From: a virus
Taxonomy: Duplodnaviria; Caudoviricetes
Length of the DNA: 64,000 nt
Virus record (IMG/VR): IMGVR_UViG_2843291059_000004
Span: 1-64,000 of that record
Strand: one strand, 5' to 3'
Part shown: positions 18,828-29,500 of the stretch, one piece after another
Layout: each line of letters begins with the position of its first letter
Position numbering within the stretch: the stretch's first letter is position 1
Translations under genes and position numbers: made by a program
The notes under the pieces: generated by a model
What the model was told of the DNA's origin: nothing
Seen by the model: only the letters and a program-made list of their open reading frames with translations
Database searches by the model: none

Positions 18828-21154
18828 TGCTTTTCTGAAAATTCTTTCCGTAAAAATTCCTTCAGGAACGTCCGCTTATATGGAACTCTCGAAGTCTTTA
18901 CAGCCCGATCAAGAGCGTGAGTTTCAGCGCAAATCACACAATACTTCTTGGCACGAGTAATGGCCGTATAGAGCCATTCTCTCGTCAACATCAAGTATGC
19001 AGAGTTGTCCATGCCGACAATCACATACGGAGCTTCGCTGCCCTGCAGTTTATGACAACTCAAAGCATAAGCGAGTTCAAGCGTTGCCCAGATGTTGTTC
19101 CCACCAAAATAATGAGGGATGAAGATTGTGCCCCACTGGTCAAAGTCAACCAGAATGAAACTGCCTTCAATCTTTCGAATTATGCCACGGTTGCCGTTAA
19201 ACACCGGACACTTCTCTTCTTTTTTCTTTGTCTTGAGATTGTATGTATGAAGTTCATAGTTATTCTTGTTGATAATGACCTGATCGCCCTCACGCAGAGT
19301 GTACACTCTGTCCTTGCCATCACCATAGATAGAAATCTTCGCTTCGGTCTGACCACGACTCGGATTCACAATTTCCTGAATGGCATTATTGACCTCGTAG
19401 GTGCAGATGCTGCCACGGAGCTTCTGTGGAAGTACGATTTGAATCTTTGCACTATCGTTCCCTACCTTATTATATAAGGTACGATACTGATTGATGATAT
19501 GGCTAAATGACTCGCCTGCATCCTTATAGATATCAAGCTCCAAATCACGCAGCTCGCCACGAATCTCATTACCAGCCCAACCGTAAGGAACCAACTGCGT
19601 GGCATTACGAACCTTGATGCTCTCTGTGATAATCGCTGACTTAGCAGCCTGACGGTGAATCTTCGTCAAGCGAGCAACCGGAACAACCTTGGAGGCAAGC
19701 ATATCCTTGAAGATGTTGCACATACCAATACTCTCAAGCTGGCCGTCATCACCAATCATGATAAATCGCTTACCATTTTCGATTGCTTGAATCAAATCGT
19801 AAAATAATTTAGCGCCAACCATAGAGGTTTCATCCAGAATGATGATATCCTCCTCTAAAGGATTGTTTTTGTTATGGGCAAAACCACCATTCTCAATGTC
19901 GTAACCAAGGAGGCGGTGAATTGTCTTGCCGTCCTGACCAGTAATCTCCTGCATACGAGCAGCAGCACGACCAGAGAGTGCAGTCTGGGCAAACGACTTA
20001 CCACGAAGAACCTTTAGGACACCAGCGACAACGGTACTTTTACCGGTTCCTCCGTAGCCTGTCAAGATACAGACATTACTAGAGCATACCTTTTTAATAG
20101 CATCTCTCTGCTCCTCGGTGTACTCGATGCCAAGAGCATGTTCTGCTTCGTCGATTGCAGCGTCCATGTTTCGACCAATCGGCTCGACAGGTGCATCCGC
20201 CAGACGCTTAATTTCCTTTGCAATCTTATTTTCCAGATTCCACACTCTTGTCAAAGCAAATTCCTGACGATCATCACTCCACCAAAGCGTTTCGCGGACA
20301 TCGTGCAGATGGAAAAGTGCTCTCTTGATAACCTCTTGGTCACCCTCATCCAAACCAAGTTCCTTAATGCAACTATTGATTGTCTGGTTTGCCGGGATGA
20401 TAGAATTGCCTTCTTCGGCACGGTCGGCAAGAAAATGCATGACGTAAGCTTCGATTCGGAACTGAGAGTTTGGCTTCAGTCCCATATTCAAAGCAAGAGC
20501 GTCAGCTTTCTTCCAGCCAATACCATATACATCGTCAATCAAAACATAAGGGTTCTCTTCAATCTTTCTTACCAGAGTGTCTGCGCCATGATATTGATGA
20601 ACAAGTTTTCCGATAGCACTGGGAGTCAAACCATATTCAATCAGCTTCGTGTATGCTTCGCTGTTATCAATATTATTTTCAAAGGCATCGATAATTTTCT
20701 GTGCTCGACCTTCTGTGATGCCACTAACAGTGCAAAGAGACTTGATATCACCGTTCTTGATGATCTCATACGGATTATCAAATGCTTCGTAAAGCATCTC
20801 AAACTGATGTTCTGTCAAGATAAAATTGAGAAAGCTTTTCTGTTCTTCTGGGTCAGTAATCTCTTGGAACTCGTTCATATAGACGATTTTATACTGGTCC
20901 CCAAACTTTTCATGGTGAACATACTCACCACAGAACGAATAAGTCTTATCCATATCAAGGCTAGGAACGTTGCCTTTCAGTCGGAGGTCACCATATCGAC
21001 TCATAATAGGGTTCCCCTGCTTAATTTTTACCACCTCGGCAGAGAAAGTGGCGAAGCCGCCGGGCTCAACCTCCTTCCCATCTTTCGGATAAAAGACTCG
21101 TTTTATCCTGATGTAACAACGGATCATATTTTCATTAAATTTCTTATCTGCCAC
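18824..21154 (-). CDS. recD2: RecD2-like SF1B helicase
   Basis: GYGGTGKS, ILDETSMV, IGDDGQLESIG, IHRQ, FNGNRG, AYALSCHKLQGSE, LYTAITRAK. Confidence 0.93.
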   Translation of the reverse strand: MADKKFNENMIRCYIRIKRVFYPKDGKEVEPGGFATFSAEVVKIKQGNPIMSRYGDLRLKGNVPSLDMDKTYSFCGEYVHHEKFGDQYKIVYMNEFQEITDPEEQKSFLNFILTEHQFEMLYEAFDNPYEIIKNGDIKSLCTVSGITEGRAQKIIDAFENNIDNSEAYTKLIEYGLTPSAIGKLVHQYHGADTLVRKIEENPYVLIDDVYGIGWKKADALALNMGLKPNSQFRIEAYVMHFLADRAEEGNSIIPANQTINSCIKELGLDEGDQEVIKRALFHLHDVRETLWWSDDRQEFALTRVWNLENKIAKEIKRLADAPVEPIGRNMDAAIDEAEHALGIEYTEEQRDAIKKVCSSNVCILTGYGGTGKSTVVAGVLKVLRGKSFAQTALSGRAAARMQEITGQDGKTIHRLLGYDIENGGFAHNKNNPLEEDIIILDETSMVGAKLFYDLIQAIENGKRFIMIGDDGQLESIGMCNIFKDMLASKVVPVARLTKIHRQAAKSAIITESIKVRNATQLVPYGWAGNEIRGELRDLELDIYKDAGESFSHIINQYRTLYNKVGNDSAKIQIVLPQKLRGSICTYEVNNAIQEIVNPSRGQTEAKISIYGDGKDRVYTLREGDQVIINKNNYELHTYNLKTKKKEEKCPVFNGNRGIIRKIEGSFILVDFDQWGTIFIPHYFGGNNIWATLELAYALSCHKLQGSEAPYVIVGMDNSAYLMLTREWLYTAITRAKKYCVICAETHALDRAVKTSRVPYKRTFLKEFLRKEFSEKH

Positions 21155-21166
21155 TTTACAACCCTC

Positions 21167-24100
21167 TTACGCTATCTCTCTATCTCGCAGCCACTGCTTG
21201 TATGGCTTCATCTTCTCAACAATGTACGAATTTTCTTTTCTCTTGCAAAGGATTGCAAGATCGCTACCCTTTGAAATCAGACTTGAATATCGTGCATACT
21301 GAGATGCCCAACAAATCATTTCGACAATACCACCTGTCGTGTAAACATGTAGGTATGCAAACTGGTTGCCACGTTTATCCTTCTTTTTTTGGATATCTAC
21401 GATGACACAAATAACAGTTGCCTTACCGCCATCCTCTACAGTATCAAGACCAGCATCAATATAGGTGCAAGCATCCTTAATGGGATTGCTAGTCAAGAAC
21501 ATTGAAAGGGTTTCAAATTCCCACATGTGCTCGTCTTGCATATACTTTTCAGCAAACGCCTGCATAAAGGCATTCCGCTTTTTGTCTTTTTCTTTCTTCC
21601 GATTCCATGAGTCCGCTTCCCAGCGCTCCCTTCTTACCTTATTATATAAGGCGAGTCTGGTAGGTTTGTCTTTAATAGAATCTGTGTCAATTCCGTATTC
21701 ATCTTTGAGAATAGAGATTTTGGGGAGAGATGCCATTTCGTGGAAACCTTTCTCTTTATACTCGTTCTCAAAAACCATATTTGCAAAAGTGATTAAGATT
21801 TTTCTCTTGTCTTTTGTTGGAATAGCTCCCGCCTTAATCAACTTGACAACGTTTGAAGTGCCAATCTTGCCACCGTTTGCTCTCTGAACAAAGTCTGCCA
21901 ATCCAGAATATGGACGGTCTGCAATCACCCCTGATGCGACACTCTCACCCATTCCTTTAATGGCTTTCAAGCCAAACAGAATTGTGTGCTTTTCTGCATC
22001 GGCCTTAAATTCCATATCAGACTTGTTAACACTTGGAGGAAGGACCCGAATATGTAGACGGTCACATTCATTGATGAACACACCCATTTTGCCAGAATCA
22101 TCTTCTTTAGTAATCATACACGCAGCCATGAAATACTCAGTATAATGAGTCTTCAGGTATGCTGTCAGGTAAGAAAGAAGTCCATAAGCAACTGCGTGGC
22201 CCCGGTTGAAGGAATAAGAAGCCTGTTTCAAGATCAATGCCCACATCTCAGAGATCTGATAATCGTTCCATCCTTTTTTGTGAAGACCATCTCTAAACTG
22301 GACCTCCAAGGATGCCATAACATCTTTCTTTTTCTTACCAATTGCACGACGAGCATTGTCAACCTCAGTTTCAGGGAATCCTGCATAACGAAATACTGCC
22401 AGAGCCTGTTCCTGATAAAGAAGAATGTACTGAGTCTTGGCAAAAAGCTGTTTGATATCAGGATGAAGTAGTTTGATAGTTTCTGGGTAAAGCTTATTGG
22501 AACAATACGTCGGGAAGCTGTCCTTAGTACCAGGGCGGTTTGCTGCATTCACAACAATGATATCCTCGGCGTTGTCACATTTTGCTTCAACACACATCTT
22601 TCGAGCTTCAGCAGACTCCATCTGAAAAATACCAATTGTGTGTCCAGACTTATAAACTGCGTCGTAGACTGCCTTATCGTTTAGGTCGAGATGGTTGATG
22701 TCAACATCCTTCCAAGTTAGACCGGCCATCTTTAATGTGTCATCAATCGTGTCCAAATTTTCAAGACCAAGAAAATCCATCTTGACCAACGATAAGTCGT
22801 CCATTGCATTGTGCATTTCAAGCTGACACATCTGATTACCTTCTCTATCCATACAGAGAGGACAATATTCAATAACAGGCTTAGGCGTAATCAAAGTTCC
22901 TGCAGCATGGCGACCCATACTCTTCGGTAAACCTTCAAGTCGCATAACGTACTTAAACCACAGAGGAAACTTATCATACACATTAGAAAGCTGCTCGCTT
23001 TTTCCAAGAATGTCCTTCAATAGAACTTCCTTCTCAACTTCTTCTCCGAGATCATCCAATGTTTTCACGGTCGGAATCAACTTAGCAACTTCATTTCGCA
23101 ATTCATACGGAATCTGCATATAATATGGGCTTTCTGGATCTTCGTTCAGTACCTTGCCAATATCCTTAATGGCAACCTTTGTAGACAGAGAATTAAAAGT
23201 TGCGATTGGTGCTACACTCTCTTTTCCAAAAAGCTCTTCTGCAATAGAAACAAGTTCTTTGCGACGACGACGGCTAATATCAAAGTCGAAGTCTGCGAGA
23301 CTCTTACGACCTTTATTTGCAAAACGAGAGAAGTCAAGATCCCAACGAACAGAATCAATCTGCGTAACGTTTAACATAAATAGACATAGACAGTTTGCAC
23401 CAGAACCACGAGAATAGCCGCGAGGGATACCTCGTTCATCAGCCACCTTGCAAAGCATATATAGCATAATGAAGTAATCGATGTAGTCAACGTATTCAAG
23501 AACGTCAAGCTCCATCTCAATTCTATCCCGCCGGGTTTGCTGTTCTTCTTTACTCATCCATCCGAATTTTTCATCAAAAGTAGAATAAACGAGGTAACGC
23601 AGGTAATCCAGATGCGAATCAAATTCACCTTCAATTTTCACTTCGGGCATCTGATTCGGCTGACCGAGGCCAATGTCAATATTATCAATCATATCTGCAA
23701 TCTTCACAGACATTGAGCAGCCTTCTCGGATGAAGTCTTCATCAAACTGCTTTGAAAGTGTTCTCAGCACATCGTCTTCGGTCTGAAGATAGCAGTCAAC
23801 ATAACTTTCTCCAACTTCTCGTCCTTCTCCAATTTCTACAAAAACTGAATGTGCATCAACATCTTCCTTGGAAAGCATATGAGCATCAGTTGTAATGGTA
23901 TACGGAATATTGTACTTTTTGATAAAAGCTGCAATTTTGGCATTAGCTTCAGCCTGATCTGGCGTATCATGAGACTGAACTTCCATAAACACGTCATCAA
24001 AGATCCATTTCAGTTTGTTCCATAACTGCCATGCTTCAGTCTCGTTGCCATCAACAAGTAATCTACTCATTCGACCAACTTGACAGGCTGTAAGACAGAT

Positions 24101-24511
24101 GATACCTTTACCCCACTCATTCTGTTCAATAATATTCAAAGAAGTTCGAGGCTTTTTATACATACCATCAACGCAAGCATTTGAAACGATCTTAAATAGA
24201 TTTTTTAAACCGGTCTCGTTCTTTGCTAGTAAAACAAGATGGTAACGAGGTTGTTTATAGTCTTTTGTATCGGCTTTCTCTGCCTGATTATCTACTTCAT
24301 AGACTTCACAGCCGATGATAGGCTTAATACCTTCTGCTTTGCAAGCCTTAACTTGGTCAACGAAAGAGTGCATCTTGCCATGATCCGTAACAGCAATAGC
24401 CTTCTGACCATTCTCTTTGGCAAAGTCTACAAGTTCCTTGACGGTAAGAATAGAGTCAAGTAACGAACCCTGCGCTGTATGTACATGAAGATTTACAAAA
24501 TTATCTGACAT
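21167..24511 (-). CDS. dnaE: DNA polymerase III alpha subunit (DnaE type)
   Basis: PHP LHVHT..SLLD, TDHG, SRGSGA, ADFDFD, GRHAAG, KMDFLGL, IFQMES, YSFNRGHA, C-terminal OB. Confidence 0.96.
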   Translation of the reverse strand: MSDNFVNLHVHTAQGSLLDSILTVKELVDFAKENGQKAIAVTDHGKMHSFVDQVKACKAEGIKPIIGCEVYEVDNQAEKADTKDYKQPRYHLVLLAKNETGLKNLFKIVSNACVDGMYKKPRTSLNIIEQNEWGKGIICLTACQVGRMSRLLVDGNETEAWQLWNKLKWIFDDVFMEVQSHDTPDQAEANAKIAAFIKKYNIPYTITTDAHMLSKEDVDAHSVFVEIGEGREVGESYVDCYLQTEDDVLRTLSKQFDEDFIREGCSMSVKIADMIDNIDIGLGQPNQMPEVKIEGEFDSHLDYLRYLVYSTFDEKFGWMSKEEQQTRRDRIEMELDVLEYVDYIDYFIMLYMLCKVADERGIPRGYSRGSGANCLCLFMLNVTQIDSVRWDLDFSRFANKGRKSLADFDFDISRRRRKELVSIAEELFGKESVAPIATFNSLSTKVAIKDIGKVLNEDPESPYYMQIPYELRNEVAKLIPTVKTLDDLGEEVEKEVLLKDILGKSEQLSNVYDKFPLWFKYVMRLEGLPKSMGRHAAGTLITPKPVIEYCPLCMDREGNQMCQLEMHNAMDDLSLVKMDFLGLENLDTIDDTLKMAGLTWKDVDINHLDLNDKAVYDAVYKSGHTIGIFQMESAEARKMCVEAKCDNAEDIIVVNAANRPGTKDSFPTYCSNKLYPETIKLLHPDIKQLFAKTQYILLYQEQALAVFRYAGFPETEVDNARRAIGKKKKDVMASLEVQFRDGLHKKGWNDYQISEMWALILKQASYSFNRGHAVAYGLLSYLTAYLKTHYTEYFMAACMITKEDDSGKMGVFINECDRLHIRVLPPSVNKSDMEFKADAEKHTILFGLKAIKGMGESVASGVIADRPYSGLADFVQRANGGKIGTSNVVKLIKAGAIPTKDKRKILITFANMVFENEYKEKGFHEMASLPKISILKDEYGIDTDSIKDKPTRLALYNKVRRERWEADSWNRKKEKDKKRNAFMQAFAEKYMQDEHMWEFETLSMFLTSNPIKDACTYIDAGLDTVEDGGKATVICVIVDIQKKKDKRGNQFAYLHVYTTGGIVEMICWASQYARYSSLISKGSDLAILCKRKENSYIVEKMKPYKQWLRDREIA

Positions 24512-24528
24512 CTATTCTCCTTTCACCA

Positions 24529-24852
24529 TTAAAACTGATTGCGTTCCTTCAAGCGCTTAATCCAACGCTTGCGCTTCTCGTTAGCAATCTCATTCGCTTT
24601 CGATGTAAACGCCAAGATGCAATCCTCGTCATCATCATAGTATGCGTAGATACAGTTCAGCACATCACCGAATTCTTCTACGAGGTTTTCATAAGCCTCG
24701 TTAATGCTTACAGGCGTTGGGTTCTTCATATCGATTGCACGATAAAACTTTATTGCAGCTTTCGACAGCTCAGAACCTTCCTCACCCATCTGAATGAGGA
24801 TTTCCTTGCCATCAATATAATCAAGCACTCGTAAATTTTTATCTTTGATCAT
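24529..24852 (-). CDS. MazG-like NTP pyrophosphohydrolase
   Basis: EEGSEL...EEFGDV helical ExxE/ExxD motif. Confidence 0.7.
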   Translation of the reverse strand: MIKDKNLRVLDYIDGKEILIQMGEEGSELSKAAIKFYRAIDMKNPTPVSINEAYENLVEEFGDVLNCIYAYYDDDEDCILAFTSKANEIANEKRKRWIKRLKERNQF

Positions 24853-25094
24853 TCTGTCTGCTCCTTATCTTCGATGGACACTCTCAAAGTTACAGTCTTA
24901 CCGTCCTTTGTTGTCCATGTGTATCCACCAAAAGTTCTATTGTTGAACTGAGCTTCAGAAAGAAGCCAATCACGAACTGCCTCGATAGCTTCATCTGTGA
25001 CACGAGTTTTATCTTTCCACTCAGTTCCATTCTTTTTAATAGTTCCTGCGTAAATACCAAACATACCACAGCTCACATGATATTCACTCATCAC
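24849..25094 (-). CDS. Conserved-type phage hypothetical protein
   Basis: Coupled ORF. Confidence 0.7.
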   Translation of the reverse strand: MMSEYHVSCGMFGIYAGTIKKNGTEWKDKTRVTDEAIEAVRDWLLSEAQFNNRTFGGYTWTTKDGKTVTLRVSIEDKEQTE

Positions 25095-25845
25095 TCTTCA
25101 CCTTATCTCCAAATTTAATAACGTCATCAAAAAGCATCACATAGTCATTAGTGTATTTATTACCATGAAAATGGCCGAAGTACCAGAATGGTTTACAATC
25201 GTTAGGATAGCATTCGTATATATTATCAAAGAATATTTCAGTTGACTGGTCTACTGTGCTTTGATCAATACCACCGATAAACAATTCAGTTGGAATGAAC
25301 CGGAATGGACAGGTATGCGTGAGCATAACATCAATATCATCGATTTGAGGGTCATGTGTAATATTCCAAATCTTTTTCTTAGTCTTCTCATTAGGCTGTT
25401 CATCCGGCCACCAGTTCCATCCACGTTCCAACCGATAATATTTATCTACAGAATAGGCTCCGCCGCAAACAAGACAGTTTAATACTTCCCTATCAGCAAG
25501 AATTTGATAGACTTCGCCATCAATAGCAAAATACTGATTTGGATAATGTGGGTCATACCACACATTACCACAAATATCTCCACTGATTTCCTTTGTCCTA
25601 TAACCATCCTTACGAGACGGGCGGCGCTCGTGGTTGCCATGAATACAAAACAGATTTGCAGGAATATCTGCGGCGATAGTTTTTATACTCCATTCGCGAG
25701 GGTCGTCCTTGCCGTAATAGTTCAAACCGACATCGCCAAGGCAGACAATCCAGTCATTCTTTCCAAGATTGTGTTCATGGCAAAACTTTTCCAATTCTAA
25801 AAACCGATTAAAGTCACCATGAATATCGCCTGTAATGTAAACCAT
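25084..25845 (-). CDS. Calcineurin-like metallophosphoesterase
   Basis: GDIHG, GD, GNHE, TH, GHFH. Confidence 0.9.
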   Translation of the reverse strand: MVYITGDIHGDFNRFLELEKFCHEHNLGKNDWIVCLGDVGLNYYGKDDPREWSIKTIAADIPANLFCIHGNHERRPSRKDGYRTKEISGDICGNVWYDPHYPNQYFAIDGEVYQILADREVLNCLVCGGAYSVDKYYRLERGWNWWPDEQPNEKTKKKIWNITHDPQIDDIDVMLTHTCPFRFIPTELFIGGIDQSTVDQSTEIFFDNIYECYPNDCKPFWYFGHFHGNKYTNDYVMLFDDVIKFGDKVKSDE

Positions 25846-25854
25846 ATACTCACC

Positions 25855-26103
25855 TCACTCAAAATCTTCTTTATCAATCACATAAGTTCGTGGATAAAAC
25901 CTATCGTTTCTATCACCGAAAATATCAACAAAGTAGACTTTAACAATCTCAAACTCACGATTACACTCTTTGCTTTTTAGCATTTTAACTGCATCTCTTG
26001 CATTTTCAGCGTAGATTTCTCTGTGTAAGTTGTGATATTTCTTGAGCGTATAATTATATGTACGGTAATCAATTTTGTAATATCTATATCGTCGTTTTTC
26101 CAT
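25855..26103 (-). CDS. Hypothetical protein
   Basis: Co-oriented ORF. Confidence 0.6.
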   Translation of the reverse strand: MEKRRYRYYKIDYRTYNYTLKKYHNLHREIYAENARDAVKMLKSKECNREFEIVKVYFVDIFGDRNDRFYPRTYVIDKEDFE

Positions 26104-26106
26104 TTT

Positions 26107-26418
26107 TCATTCAAAATCAAGAACAATCATATCTCCCATACCTTCATAGAAAACATGATCCATCTTAAATTTCTCACTAACCGATCCGTGGTCAGTTTCG
26201 ATACAAATCTCCCAATCTGGATGCTGCTCTGCAAATTTATCAAGAATATGAGTCAATTCATCCGGTTCAATAATATGAGCACCATCATTTAAAATCTGAT
26301 TAAATGCTGTGCCTTCCCGAAGTAGTTCTAAATCTGCAATAGTATGTGCAAGTGATTGATGTGCTTTGTCAAGCAAATTTAATGGCAAATCGTAATTATC
26401 CACTTTATTCATTATCAA
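26107..26418 (-). CDS. Hypothetical protein
   Basis: Co-oriented ORF. Confidence 0.65.
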   Translation of the reverse strand: MIMNKVDNYDLPLNLLDKAHQSLAHTIADLELLREGTAFNQILNDGAHIIEPDELTHILDKFAEQHPDWEICIETDHGSVSEKFKMDHVFYEGMGDMIVLDFE

Positions 26419-26746
26419 TCAACTCTCCATTCTTTACAACTTTAGCTTTATCGTCCCAATATTCATCAGCTCCAACCTTTCTAGGAGCAGTGTCAAAATG
26501 CTCTTTCCACTCAGGAAGACTCTCATTGATTGCATCAAACTGAATACCCCAATCAAAGCAAGCCTCCATTGCATCATACAAAAGCTTTCCTTCACGGCAA
26601 GTCCAGAGAATCAGACCAGCACCGTGCTTCTGTTCCTGAATTGCTTGATAAATGACATTCCAGTTTGGCTCACCAATATCGGGATAATTATTCTCACAGA
26701 GAGTGCCATCAAAGTCGATGGCAATAGCACGCTTCAGATTTCCCAT
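26405..26746 (-). CDS. Small HAD-superfamily hydrolase
   Basis: IAIDFDGTL, LWTCR, RK..AD.YWDD. Confidence 0.85.
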   Translation of the reverse strand: MGNLKRAIAIDFDGTLCENNYPDIGEPNWNVIYQAIQEQKHGAGLILWTCREGKLLYDAMEACFDWGIQFDAINESLPEWKEHFDTAPRKVGADEYWDDKAKVVKNGELIDNE

Positions 26747-26747
26747 A

Positions 26748-28472
26748 TCAAATCACCTCAAAATCAACAATCTGTGCCTGCGGAGTCACCTTGTTTCCAT
26801 ACTGATTCAAAGACAACCGGCATACAGCATTGATGTATTTTTCTTCTTGACCACCATAGAAGTCATTGTTAATCCAGCCAATCATCCGGCCATTGTCATT
26901 AAAACACACAAAATCAATGCCTTTTTCTTCGTCAGAATACTTCCACATATTGCCGTTCTTGCCCATCGGAGCACATCCACTATGAATCAGCGGAATATTT
27001 TTAATGTAGAAATACGGCTCGGAAATTCCTTGTGCCCAGATTTTGTGCATCTCATACATCGTTTTCGGCAATGCAACGTTCAATTTATTGTAATCAAAAT
27101 CAAAGTCAACCACGATTGCCTTACTCATAGTGACATCTTTAAGCAGTTCATCACAGTCTGCAATAGCCTTTGGCACGTTTTCTTTCTTGATTTTCACACC
27201 AGCAGCATTGTCGTGACCAAGAACCGATTCAAAATCTCCGGTGCTCATCAAGAATTCCTTTAGGCTTTCAATCGGAGAACCGTCAGGATTTCTCATTGAA
27301 CCACCATAATAGTCCGGTTCATCAGTAAAAGTACGAAGCAACACACACGGTTTTGCGTACATTTCAGCCAGCTTGATTGCTACAACACCGGTCAGAGTGT
27401 TATCAAGAATACCTGTAGAGTTACAGAAAAGAATCTTATTCTGGTCTGCACCGTGCTTTTCAATTAACTTCTGAAGCTCTCCAACAGCCTTGTCCTTGAT
27501 TTTATTCTGCTGATACTTGCAAGAGGAACACTCACGAGCCACATGCTGCGCCAGAGTTTCATCAATCGTGACACCAGCATTCTTACCACGAGTCGGAGTA
27601 TACTGGAATGTCTGTTCTTCACCGACCATCGCACGGAACATCCGCTTTTTTTGCTCAGATGCGCCAACACGAATCAATGCGTTCATCATTGGAACAATGT
27701 AGAACTGAACATCATTGATAGTCGGGTCGCCCTTGATATTGAAACTATTTGCCTCAATCAGAGCGCAAATCATCGGATTTACAATTCGTGCAAGACCTTT
27801 CGTGCAAAGACGTTTTGTCTCGTGTGAGTGCATATCCATGACATCACCAATGTTTCCGACAGCAACCAGATCAAGATATCGGTCTGCAACATCAGTCCAA
27901 TTATATTCATCAACAGCCTGAAGAAACTTATACACCACGCCAGCGCCAGATAATTCCTTATTAGGATATGTACCGTTCTGGTTGTTGACAATTACTGCGT
28001 AAGGGTTTTCTCTATCACAGATATGATGGTCAAGAATTAAAATATCAATGCCCTTTTCACGGAGTTCCTTACACTGCTCAACGTCGTTGCTGCCAGCATC
28101 AGGAATAATCAGCAAGGTAGTTTCAGGTGGAACCTCAATTTCTTTAGAGAGTCCATGTTCCTTGCCACTATGATACAGAACATTGATTTTTCCAAAATAA
28201 CCAATCGTCTTCAAATACTGAAACATCATTGCAGCACTTGTGAATCCATCCACATCACAGTCTACAAGGATAGAGATAATAGACTTATTCCAGATATGTT
28301 TGTTCAACAGCCTGACAGCATCTTCCATGTTGTCCAGTTCCCACGGAGAATTCAAGCAAGAATCATCCAGATCCATGTAGGTCTTATAATCCTTGACTCC
28401 TCTATTCTCCATAATCGTTCCAATTGGATCTGATAGGTCGTTCCTACTCCCCTTCCAGAGTTTTACATTCAT
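26748..28472 (-). CDS. recJ: RecJ-like DHH ssDNA exonuclease (SPbeta YorK-like)
   Basis: DCDVDG, PDAG, LDHH, LSGAGV, GSMR, GHDNAAG. Confidence 0.92.
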   Translation of the reverse strand: MNVKLWKGSRNDLSDPIGTIMENRGVKDYKTYMDLDDSCLNSPWELDNMEDAVRLLNKHIWNKSIISILVDCDVDGFTSAAMMFQYLKTIGYFGKINVLYHSGKEHGLSKEIEVPPETTLLIIPDAGSNDVEQCKELREKGIDILILDHHICDRENPYAVIVNNQNGTYPNKELSGAGVVYKFLQAVDEYNWTDVADRYLDLVAVGNIGDVMDMHSHETKRLCTKGLARIVNPMICALIEANSFNIKGDPTINDVQFYIVPMMNALIRVGASEQKKRMFRAMVGEEQTFQYTPTRGKNAGVTIDETLAQHVARECSSCKYQQNKIKDKAVGELQKLIEKHGADQNKILFCNSTGILDNTLTGVVAIKLAEMYAKPCVLLRTFTDEPDYYGGSMRNPDGSPIESLKEFLMSTGDFESVLGHDNAAGVKIKKENVPKAIADCDELLKDVTMSKAIVVDFDFDYNKLNVALPKTMYEMHKIWAQGISEPYFYIKNIPLIHSGCAPMGKNGNMWKYSDEEKGIDFVCFNDNGRMIGWINNDFYGGQEEKYINAVCRLSLNQYGNKVTPQAQIVDFEVI

Positions 28473-29491
28473 TTAATTCTCCTAACACAATTCTCAATCA
28501 ATGCCTTAAATTTTTCAGGATTGTCAGTCGGGGCTTCCTTTTCATCCAGAATCCCCTTATCATCTACTACAGCATACACACTTACGCCATCGACAAATCG
28601 ATTGGCGAGAACCATAAGCTCACTAATCTGAACGTCTTTATCAAAGACAAAACAAATATCAACGCAAAGACGTGTTAAAATTTCAATTTGATTTTGTGAA
28701 ACCTTCTTACCGCCAGTCGCCACACAGTTGAAGACATCCATATTCCACATCTGCATAACAGACTTTTCAGCCTCACCAACATATACCAGACCTTTATTCT
28801 TGATATAAGGCTCTGTTTTGTACAGGCCATACAGAATACGGTTTCTGGCACACGGCTCAAGATACAGATACTTCAATTCACCTTCGGGCGGCTTACCGAA
28901 ATATCTTCCTTTTACACCAACCAGAGTACCAATTTCGTCTCTGATTGGAATCGTGATTCTATTTGTCAGCTCATCAAAGCCAATCTCGAACTCTTGCTGT
29001 GTCTCGTAAGATATCCCATCGTTAGCAAAAATCTGGTTTACATGAGGCTTATAATAACCGAGGATAGCTTCAGAGATGGGGACTATCGGACGGTCGTCCT
29101 CGTGTTCTTCACCTTCATTTTGCATTGCGATGAGTTCTTTTAAGATCAACATACTTTTAGGAAGGTCTTCCTCAAAGTTGTGATAGTAGTCAAGCCCAAC
29201 CCATTCACAGATTTGCTTAATGGCTTTTGGGAAAGACAGTTCCAGAAAAAACTGGACGACAGAAATCAAATCATAGCTGGTCTTTCCATTGGCAATGTCT
29301 CGTGTGTAATCTACCGCAGTAAGATTTTCATTCTCGTAAATACAGAGTGCCGTTCTATTGTCGCCATCTGGATTCGCACACTGGTAATATCCAGCTTTGT
29401 GACTAATATGATGACAACCAAGTTTCTCCAGAATCGGTTCAATCTGCTGTTCTTCAAGAATGTAATTTTTCAGATCTGCGATATTTACCAT
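28469..29491 (-). CDS. DNA primase (TOPRIM; YorJ-like)
   Basis: RITIPIRD..G.LVG..GR, KY, GEAEKS, FDKD; adjacent to helicase. Confidence 0.8.
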   Translation of the reverse strand: MVNIADLKNYILEEQQIEPILEKLGCHHISHKAGYYQCANPDGDNRTALCIYENENLTAVDYTRDIANGKTSYDLISVVQFFLELSFPKAIKQICEWVGLDYYHNFEEDLPKSMLILKELIAMQNEGEEHEDDRPIVPISEAILGYYKPHVNQIFANDGISYETQQEFEIGFDELTNRITIPIRDEIGTLVGVKGRYFGKPPEGELKYLYLEPCARNRILYGLYKTEPYIKNKGLVYVGEAEKSVMQMWNMDVFNCVATGGKKVSQNQIEILTRLCVDICFVFDKDVQISELMVLANRFVDGVSVYAVVDDKGILDEKEAPTDNPEKFKALIENCVRRIK

Positions 29492-29500
29492 TGTAGTTCC

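Noticed and set aside
20138-21274. 378-aa plus-strand ORF and other long antisense ORFs (32122..32646, 33575..34174, 38275..38928, 51026..51778, 56189..57070)
   Set aside because: They shadow well-supported minus-strand genes and have no RBS or recognisable motifs; typical codon-bias artefacts
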